Origin: Tubiluchus corallicola
Lineage: Eukaryota > Animalia > Priapulida
DNA: 31,498 nt
Direction: 5' to 3'
Assembly (NCBI GenBank): GCA_030141605.1
Contig: JAQGDQ010001636.1
Location: 1 to 31,498, forward strand
Below the pieces are notes generated by a model. It did no database searches. It had not been told where the DNA came from and saw only the letters and a list, made by a program, of their open reading frames with translations. Both the position numbers and the translations under genes were made by a program. Shown here in pieces: positions 22,739 to 31,498 of this stretch (positions are counted from its first letter, which is position 1; the number at the start of each line of letters is the position of its first letter).

Positions 22739-22889
22739 AACAGCAGCAGCATGGGCTGCCAGGCGTTGTCAAGTGTACACAAATGTGTTGTCTGGTACAG
22801 TTAACCTTTGACCTTTTCACAATCATCGGCAATCGCTGGAACCGTGAAAAGGCTCATTTGTATTCGTGAAGTAACGAAAGCTTTCATAC

Positions 22890-23022
22890 CTTTAAGTTAG
22901 TGCAGTTACGAAACGTCCCTTCTCTCAGTTGATTGATCTGGTTTCGCTGTATCATCAGTGAATCCAGCATCCTTGGCAACCCGGCTGGGATTTCAGTCAG
23001 TTTGTTGTCGTTGAGCCAAATC
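22890..23022 (-). CDS. LRR protein exon (4th in window; not in ORF track)
   Basis: gtttatag|G ATT TGG...TTA AAG|gtatga encoding (R)IWLNDNKLTEIPAGLPRMLDSLMIQRNQINQLREGTFRNCTNLK. Phase 2-0 matches the neighbouring exons. Confidence 0.9.
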
Positions 23023-23089
23023 CTATAAACATGTTTGTTTGTATGTGTAAATTTTTGCCTTTTTCTAATACTTACAAAATTGCTAGTTG

Positions 23090-23530
23090 TAGGGATGAGA
23101 ATTTTCCGCGAATACCCGGAATTCCGAGTTTTTTGAAGACCGGTAGTGCCATTTTTGTAAATCGCGTAAATTCGCTGAGAACATTTTTACGGACCCAGTA
23201 GGTTATTTCACAAGCTGACCGCTAGTTGGCAGGCCGTCACTTTGTTTACATCACGTACATCAGTTTAACCACGTGCATATCTCTATGTGTAAAAATATAG
23301 AATCAAATGTGCAGAGTTATTTGAGTCAATTGCAGACAGTTTTATATACTTTTGCATAGGAGCGGCCAGTACTTAGGCGTTTTTGATACAATTAGGTATC
23401 GTGTATCCTTGATAGTTGGGTATTTTAAATCAACATTTAAATTTTTGGTGCTTTCGACTTTGAAGCATCATAATGTAGTTTTAACTATGCCGACTTATGG
23501 ACGATTTTGGTTTGCAAGCCACACATTTAG
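23090..23530 (+). mobile_element. Dispersed repeat (DNA-transposon-like), copy 1
   Basis: 23091-23430 matches 29700-30050 and 23455-23529 matches 30963-31036. Confidence 0.75.
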
Positions 23531-24136
23531 TGAGACAGAAGATGAGCTTCATAATTGGATTGAACACCTCTGTACAGCAATTAAAATGGTGAATTGGTTA
23601 CTATTATAGTTTTGTATGTTGCTTTCTATGAACTGATTAAGCCTGTATACGAACTATACAACTTTAACAATGGTCCTTGCTAAAACACAGTGCAAAGATA
23701 GTTATGCGTGCGACACGAGGCTAGTTATTAAGGCCAGTGTGAACCTGACTTAATAAATCTTAATTTTGTAGCGAAGGTGGCTCCATCTAGCTAGAAAGTT
23801 TAAAGTGTGGGCACTGACCTAGTTACGTTGGTCATTATGCTGTTCTGTTGAATAAGTGAACATGTGTCTTATACAAGCTAGCGAAATTTTTCATTTAGAT
23901 AAATGCCGCAACGATAAATAAATGTTAGTGTCTCTGAGAAGCATTTATGACAACTGAGACTTTTGAAGAAGTCATAAATGCCTCTCAGAGACACTAACAC
24001 TAGTTATTATAAAGATATTCAGATGTATATTCAACTTTTGTGTGGTACATTTGTTTATATTAGAAAACTAGGCTTGTAAATAATATCGGTGGAATAACAT
24101 TTTCTCAATGCCAGTTACTTTCCCTTTGTTTTTCTA

Positions 24137-26024
24137 TAACTCAGCTTGAGCAGTAACTGCTAAACATGCCAGCATAAACTAACTCAGCTTCAGCAGTAAC
24201 TGCTAAACATGCCAGCATAAACTAACTCAGCTTCAGCAGTAACTGCTAAACATGCCAGCATAAACTAACTCAGCTTGAGCAGTAACTGCTAAACATGCCA
24301 GCATAAACTAACTCAACTTCAGCAGTAACTGCTAAACATGCCAGCATAAACTAACTCAGCTTCAGCAGTAACTGCTAAACATGCCAGCATAAACTAACTC
24401 AGCTTGAGCAGTAACTGCTAAACATGCCAGCATAAACTAACTCAGCTTCAGCAGTAACTGCTAAACATGCCAGCATAAACTAACTCAGCTTCAGCAGTAA
24501 CTGCTAAACATGCCAGCATAAACTAACTCAGCTTGAGCAGTAACTGCTAAACGTGCCAGCATAAACTAACTCAGCTTGAGCAGTAACTGCTAAACATGCC
24601 AGCTTAAACTAACTCAGCTTGAGCAGTAACTGCTAAACATGCCAGCATAAACTAACTCAGCTTCAGCAGTAACTGCTAAACATGCCAGCATAAACTAACT
24701 CAGCTTGAGCAGTAACTGCTAAACATGCCAGCTTAAACTAACTCAGCTTGAGCAGTAACTGCTAAACATGCCAGCATAAACTAACTCAGCTTCAGCAGTA
24801 ACTGCTAAACATGCCAGCATAAACTAACTCAGCTTGAGCAGTAACTGCTAAACATGCCAGCATAAACTAACTCAACTTCAGCAGTAACTGCTAAACATGC
24901 CAGCATAAACTAACTCAACTTCAGCAGTAACTGCTAAACATGCCAGCATAAACTAACTCAGCTTGAGCAGTAACTGCTAAACATGCCAGCATAAACTAAC
25001 TCAGCTTGAGCAGTAACTGCTAAACATGCCAGCATAAACTAACTCAGCTTGAGCAGTAACTGCTAAACATGCCAGCATAAACTAACTCAGCTTGAGCAGT
25101 AACTGCTAAACATGCCAGCATAAACTAACTCAGCTTGAGCAGTAACTGCTAAACATGCCAGCATAAACTAACTCAGCTTGAGCAGTAACTGCTAAACATG
25201 CCAGCATAAACTAACTCAGCTTGAGCAGTAACTGCTAAACATGCCAGCATAAACTAACTCAGCTTGAGCAGTAACTGCTAAACATGCCAGCATAAACTAA
25301 CTCAGCTTGAGCAGTAACTGCTAAACATGCCAGCATAAACTAACTCAGCTTGAGCAGTAACTGCTAAACATGCCAGCATAAACTAACTCAGCTTGAGCAG
25401 TAACTGCTAAACATGCCAGCATAAACTAACTCAGCTTGAGCAGTAACTGCTAAACATGCCAGCATAAACTAACTCAGCTTGAGCAGTAACTGCTAAACAT
25501 GCCAGCATAAACTAACTCAGCTTGAGCAGTAACTGCTAAACATGCCAGCATAAACTAACTCAGCTTGAGCAGTAACTGCTAAACATGCCAGCATAAACTA
25601 ACTCAGCTTGAGCAGTAACTGCTAAACATGCCAGCATAAACTAACTCAGCTTGAGCAGTAACTGCTAAACATGCCAGCATAAACTAACTCAGCTTGAGCA
25701 GTAACTGCTAAACATGCCAGCATAAACTAACTCAGCTTGAGCAGTAACTGCTAAACATGCCAGCATAAACTAACTCAGCTTGAGCAGTAACTGCTAAACA
25801 TGCCAGCATAAACTAACTCAGCTTGAGCAGTAACTGCTAAACATGCCAGCATAAACTAACTCAGCTTGAGCAGTAACTGCTAAACATGCCAGCATAAACT
25901 AACTCAGCTTGAGCAGTAACTGCTAAACATGCCAGCATAAACTAACTCAGCTTGAGCAGTAACTGCTAAACATGCCAGCATAAACTAACTCAGCTTCAGC
26001 AGTAACTGCTAAACGTGCCAGCTT
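24137..26024. repeat. 43-bp minisatellite, ~44 units (intronic)
   Basis: Unit taactcagcttSagcagtaactgctaaacatgccagcataaac, with no spacers. Confidence 0.98.
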
Positions 26025-26035
26025 ATATGTAATAC

Positions 26036-26427
26036 CTGTGCAGGTAGACATTGTCCGCAAAGGCAAAATCTTCTATTTCAGTTATCAAGTTATTGCTGAG
26101 GGTTAGCATGCCAAGGTAGCTGTATCCAACCATGTCGGATTTTGCTATGCGGCTGATCTTATTCCTTTCCAGTCGCAAGTCTCTAACGTAGGGGGACACT
26201 TGCGGAAGCGTTGTGAGTCCGCATCCGGAGACGTCCGCGTATTGTAGAGAATGTCCTTGAAAGTCGATGTTCAGTTGTTCTATGTCGTTGTTCTTTAGGA
26301 CAAGATGGATGAGGTTGCGAAATCCCCGGAATGCCAGCGAAGAAATGTGACCGATGCTGTTGCTGCCGAGGTCTAGTAGCCGTAGCTTTTTCAAGCCGTA
26401 TTTCCCAAACGTAGAATGAGTAATTTC
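26036..26427 (-). CDS. LRR protein exon (3rd in window)
   Basis: aatttttcag|GAA ATT ACT...CAC AG|gtatta, 392 nt, phase 0-2. Contains LRLLDLGSNSI, LIHLVLKNNDI, LRLERNKI and LTLSNNLI. Confidence 0.92.
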
Positions 26428-27080
26428 CTGAAAAATTAGAGATATTGTGGTTACAGAAAACCTTACTGAGCACTCTCTTCAAACACAGGCAAATATAAAC
26501 CTCGTTTGTATAGAAGACTGAATGAATACAGATCTAAACACATTTACCAGTGACTATGCCTGATCCAGTGCACCTCACTCGTGTATAACTGAGCTATTTG
26601 CTTTTTCAGAGTTTGGCTCCTACCCTTAAACAATTCTGGCCTTAATCTCGACTATATCTCGGGCAGAACATTGCTGTAACTTAAGTTGACCCTATATCCA
26701 TCGCAGTGGCCTAGTGTAATTTCAGTAAAATCTGTGCAGTCGTTTCGTGGTCTGTAACGATCAAACAGACAAGTAGACATACTTGGCTTGCTTAACAGCA
26801 TGAATCCTTGATAACGAGACAGATTATAGAACTTCACAAATATTTACATGAAGTAGTCGCTGCCTTCGAGTGAAACTATTTGAGAAAATGAAAAACAGTT
26901 CTGTTTGAGAATGACAGAGGCGAAAATGTTTTTATAACCAAGTGTATGGATCTTTTTGTCCAACTGCAACAATCTTCAAATAATATGTACGTATAATATG
27001 TACGTACTTCAATTAGTATAGAAAATGATAATCATTTTTAGTTTCGTCGCCTGATGACTGACATTCCGTCTTGATTTTAC

Positions 27081-27305
27081 CTTGATCTGGTTGTTCTTGA
27101 GGATCAAATTTCTCAGCTGTAACGTTGACGTAAAAACGCCGCCGATGTCATCTATGTAATTAGCAGCTAAGTTTAGGTAGCCGATACTGTCCAGTCCGCG
27201 TAGCATACGTAAGGACACGTTGTGCAGTCGATTGAAACTCATGTCCAGCACTCGGAGCCCGCTCAGCCCCTGGAATGCGTCGTCTTCGATTGTTTCTATA
27301 TTATT
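27081..27305 (-). CDS. LRR protein exon (2nd in window)
   Basis: ttttttcag|AAT AAT ATA...ATC AAG|gtaaaa, 75 codons, NNIETIEDDAFQGLSGLRVLDMSFNRL. Confidence 0.92.
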
Positions 27306-27390
27306 CTGAAAAAAATCTTGAGTGTTCAAGTGTTAGCTTTAGATAGTGTTCTTAGTTTTTGGTAAGTGAGCAGCGTTTCTCTCACATTCA

Positions 27391-28218
27391 GGTGAGCCTA
27401 GATAATCCTAGTGAAGCCTAGATAATCTTCGTGAAGCCTAGATGAGCCTAGTGAAGCCTCGTGAAGCCTAGATGAGCCTAGTGAAGCCTAAATGAGCCTA
27501 GTGAAGTCTAGATGAGCCTAGTGAAGCCTAGATAAGCCTAGTGAAGCCTAGATAATCCTAGTGAAGCCTAGATAATCCTCGTGAAGCCTAGATGAGCCTA
27601 GTGAAGCCTAGTGAAGCCTAGATAAGCCTAGTGAAGCCTAGATAATCCTCGTGAAGCCTAGTGAAGCCTAGATAATCCTCGTGAAGCCTAGATGAGCCTA
27701 GTGAAGCCTAGATGAGCCTAGTGAAGCCTAGATGAGCCTAGTGAAACCTAGATAAGCCTAGTGAAGCCTAGATGAGCCTAGTGAAGCCTAGATGAGCCTA
27801 GTGAAGCCTAGATGAGCCTAGTGAAGCCTAGATAATCCTCGTGAAGCCTAGATGAGCCTAGTCAAGCCTAGTCAAGCCTAGATGAGCCTAGTGAAGCCTA
27901 GATGAGCCTAGTGAAGCCTAGATGAGCCTAGTGAAGCTTAGATAAGCCTAGTGAAGCCTAGATAATCCTCGTGAAGCCTAGATGAGTCTAGTGAAGCCCA
28001 GATGAGCCTAGTGAAGCCTAGATAAACCTAGTGAAGCCTAGATGAGCCTAGTGAAGCCCAGATGAGCCTAGTGAAGCCTAGTGAAGCCTAGATAATCCTC
28101 GTGAAGCCTAGATGAGCCTAGTGAAGCCTAGATAATCCTCGTAAAGCGTAGATGAGCCTAGTGAAGCCTAGATAAGCCTAGTGAAGCCTAAATGAGCCTA
28201 GTGAAGCGTAGATAAGCC
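27391..28218. repeat. 10-bp minisatellite with 20-bp higher-order alternation, ~83 units (intronic)
   Basis: gtgaagccta alternates with gatgagccta, gataagccta or gataatcctc. Confidence 0.97.
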
Positions 28219-28544
28219 ACTGGGTGTTTAGCAATAGTTGTTACAACAGCGTTATGTAGTTGCTCATCCTGATAACAAAAGTAAAATGATTGCAAAAGCA
28301 TGAAATTGACAGAGCAAACTTGGTCACTGATTGGCTCAAAGTTCTTCTCTTTAGCCCAGTGAGTTTAATATAGATCTTATGTTGGAACTGGAGTATTGAT
28401 CAATGAAGAATGGTGTTGTACTTGTGTCAGTTGTTCAGGCATTCGTTCAAGGACAACAGGATAATGTTTCACGTCATTGCCACTTTGAGGTACGGTAAAA
28501 AGTGCCTGTAATAATGCCACATGATAATGAAACGGTCAGTTAAA

Positions 28545-28926
28545 AACTTAACTAACTTTGGCTGATGACATCACAATTGAACATAATTTTCAACAGCACA
28601 AACATTCCAAAAGTGTGTTTCACATGTTTTCGAAAGTAAAAATTGAAGTAGGGTGCTAATGTACAACACTCTGTGATATGCAAAAAATGGCATATTTTAA
28701 GTTTAAAAACCATATTTCAAGGCTGCCACTGTGCTCATACATTAGCTCTCGAACACGTGCACTACGTCACAACTGAACACCTTTTAACTGGTCGAACATG
28801 TGCACTACGTCACAACTGAACACCTTTTAACAGGTCGTTCTTGAAAAATAGTACATTCCCTTTCAATGTATTATAAAGTAAATTGTTTTGAGTTATAGTT
28901 TAAGGCGGGGTCTGGTTTTGCTTTAA
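28545..28926 (+). mobile_element. Third copy of the dispersed repeat family at 3420, with an internal ~43-bp duplication (28749-28835)
   Basis: tgacatcaca..aacataattttcaa..attcca matches 3450-3500; ends in ggttttgctttaa. Confidence 0.5.
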
Positions 28927-29009
28927 AGCCGATTCCCAAAACCAGTGGGCAATGCTTTAGAAGTAGGAGTGCGAGGAATGGCAATGCAGTATTACAAAAT
29001 AATATATGT

Positions 29010-29290
29010 AACATGACTGCTAAACTACACACTGAGGACCAGAGTGTCCTGCACTGATCACTAAGATTTAGACAGTGGCTAGAAGTGAAATCTAGCCAGT
29101 TTATATAGTTAGAGAACTATGCAAAAACTTGGCTTCACATATCCCATTACAGTAAAAATAGGGGAGATCCAGTGAGTATGCATATTCACTGGACCGAACA
29201 ATTGTACTAGGCGTGAGTTTAACTAGTAAAATGTAAAGTGATTAGTCAATAGATGGCAGCACCTAAAAATATACAGTTACAACTTTCACA
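29010..29290 (-). mobile_element. Partial, diverged copy of the LTR at 19936
   Basis: The reverse complement begins TGTGAAAGTT and aligns closely with 19936-20100, then decays. No 3' terminus found. Confidence 0.75.
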
Positions 29291-29328
29291 ATATTAGTTG
29301 AGAATTAGTTTTCCTGTTAAGCAATTAC

Positions 29329-29457
29329 CTCCGGCAGTTTGAGGACAGTGAGCTTTGTAAGACTTCGCAAGTTCGTCAATGCATCATGGCTGATGTTAAT
29401 CAGATTATACTTTGTCAAAAAGAGGCGTTTTGTCTCTGGAGGTAATCCTGGTGGAAT
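29329..29457 (-). CDS. LRR protein exon (1st in window; end of LRRNT plus first LRR; not in ORF track)
   Basis: tttcatttcag|ATT CCA...CCG GAG|gtaatt encoding IPPGLPPETKRLFLTKYNLINISHDALTNLRSLTKLTVLKLPE; joins in frame to NNIETI. Signal peptide and LRRNT exons were not found in the window. Confidence 0.88.
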
Positions 29458-29698
29458 CTGAAATGAAACTAATGAATTTTAAGTCACTTATTATTGGATT
29501 ACCTTTAATTAAATCCGTCCACTATCTGTATGCGATTGCGAATGGGTGGTACGGATCTGATTAAAAATTGTGGTTGGACGACACGTGTCGGTTTAAGATT
29601 TCTGTTGATATTCTGCTTGGATAAGCCTTTTCACAGTTCCGGCGATTGATGATGATCGTTAAAAGTCAAAGGTTGAGTGTAACCTGACAACGCACTTG

Positions 29699-31036
29699 CA
29701 GGGAAGAGAATTTTCCGCGGATACGCGGAATTCCGAGTTTTTGGAAGACCAGTAGTGCCATTTTTGTGAATCGCGTAAATTCGTTGAGAAAATTTATACA
29801 GACCCAGTACATTATTTCACAAGCTGACCGCTAGGTGACAGGCCGTCACTTTGTTTGCATCACGTACATCAGTGTAACCATCTGTATATCTGTGTATATC
29901 TCTATATATAAAAATATAGAATCAATTGTGCGGAGTTATTTGAGGCAATTGCAGACAGTTTTTATAAACTTTTGCACAGGAGCGGCCAGTACTTAGGCGT
30001 TTTTGAGACAATTAGGTATCATGTATCCTTGATAGTTGGGTATTTTAAATTATGTATGAAACAAGGTAATTGGTATTTTAAGTCCAGTTAGAGGCTCTCT
30101 ATGGTCACAAAATTGCAATTTGTTGCTGCCTACAGCCTGTTTCAGAGTTTTTTTGCAATTTGTAATTCTCATCTCTGCATTTGTGTACACCTGACAACGT
30201 CTCACAGCCCATGCTATTGTAATAGTAACAATTTTAACAGCTAGCTAGAACCGGACCTAATTCATTTTTCTTTGGTCCTAAGCAAGATCCTGCTAGCAAA
30301 TCACACATAATTAAATAAATTCCACATGAGACAACTGAAGGTACTGAACTGATGCTTTACATTACCCACATGTGACGATTGTAATTTTTACACATTGCTG
30401 TGGTACACTTAAATCTGACCTACAACAACTGCGTGCACGCATAATGAAACTATGGAAAGGCTTATTTGGTGAGGTTGCACTTTCTAAGCTGAGATAATTC
30501 ACGTTGAAGTTGAGGTGCAGGCTGTGCACTGAAAACCATAATCTTGAGAAAATCACTGCTAAAGTCAGCCATCGTTTTTTTGTCGCGCCTCTACAAAGCA
30601 CTTAGCAACCATGCAAACTTTTGTTGCTACGGACTTCGCAAAAGCACATTGAAGTTATGTTTAAATCCAATAGGTGGCTCTTCCTGATTAAGATCTGGGC
30701 TTGGACTTGGAAAAACTCGAAGCAAAATGACTGCTTCCGTGAGCTAGTATCAGAGTTTGAAAACACGAGTTTGTTGCAGTTGCAATTCTAGTTTCTAGCA
30801 CAAAAAATGGGTATAAAATTAGATTTTTGATATTTTTTGAACATTTTCTTGATAATTTGATGCTAGAATATAAAAGTCCGTAAGAAGAATACAAATATAT
30901 TTAGCATTTGTTTTTATAAAAAACAAAAAAAATTGACATTTGACCAAATTTTTAGTACATTCTACTTTGAAGCATCACGACGTAGTTTTAATTATGCCGA
31001 CTTATGGATGATTTTGGTTTGCAAGCCGCACATTTA
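29699..31036 (+). mobile_element. Dispersed repeat copy 2, with ~900 extra nt (30050-30950) relative to the copy at 23090
   Basis: Two collinear blocks of high similarity to 23091-23529. Confidence 0.65.
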
Positions 31037-31498
31037 ATTGTTTTGTTAATTAGACTACTGAATTTTAATTGGTTGTTGGCGGTTTTAGCGGACAACTAAG
31101 TCTAGAGCAGGGGTGTGCAAATTACGGCCCGCCGAGAAAATTTGTGCGATTTGACAACCTAATGAAAGTGCGGCCCAGGTGATTAATTGAGTGTATCCAG
31201 CTGAAGTCCGTGCCATGATCCCAAAGATAGTGCGGGTAGTTTTTTCTACTAGATCGGATGCCATTAACCCTTACAAGATGGTTGTAGCTTAATGTCACTG
31301 TACTACACAGACTGTGTGATACACATTACTAATATACATTGTAATGAAATTACCACTATCTGTCCTGAAAGTAGAACATATGGTTTGTAATATAAATTTT
31401 AATAACTTCTAAAATAGTTTCTTGACTGTAGTAGTAATGATGTACGCAGGTCGGACGCAAAAAAATCCTTACTAGGCCTTTCTGTACTTGGCTCCTTG

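Noticed and set aside
12560-26024. 81-bp and 43-bp arrays as CRISPR arrays
   Set aside because: No unique spacers, no cas genes, and a spliced eukaryotic context.
30362-30894. Short - strand ORFs as the missing signal peptide or LRRNT exon
   Set aside because: No CPxxCxC motif or clear signal peptide, and they lie within a dispersed-repeat insertion.

Overview
AT-rich eukaryotic genomic DNA, most likely from an invertebrate, with spliced genes, so most long ORFs in the track are artefacts of tandem repeats. Supportable genes: (1) two convergent Kunitz/BPTI-domain genes (+ strand exons 151-177 and 492-662; - strand signal-peptide exon 5394-5301 and Kunitz exon 3277-3095); (2) an intronless class A GPCR on the - strand (12606-11618), split by one frameshift, whose start codon and first ~15 codons form the unit of a 32-copy 81-bp tandem array; (3) a TIR-less leucine-rich-repeat (LRR) type I membrane protein. 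Five exons of the LRR gene lie on the - strand (29457-21114), but its large terminal exon (LRRCT, Thr-rich stalk, TM, tail) lies on the + strand (18488-19786) between two ~1.3-kb near-identical inverted arms. Inverting the intervening ~1.85 kb would restore an intact gene. The rest is minisatellites, microsatellites, solo LTRs and MITEs. The three most unusual observations are the invertible-looking terminal exon, the tandem array of GPCR start codons/uORFs, and a 15-bp minisatellite whose unit is a consensus 5' splice site on the sense strand of the Kunitz gene. Misassembly cannot be excluded from sequence alone.
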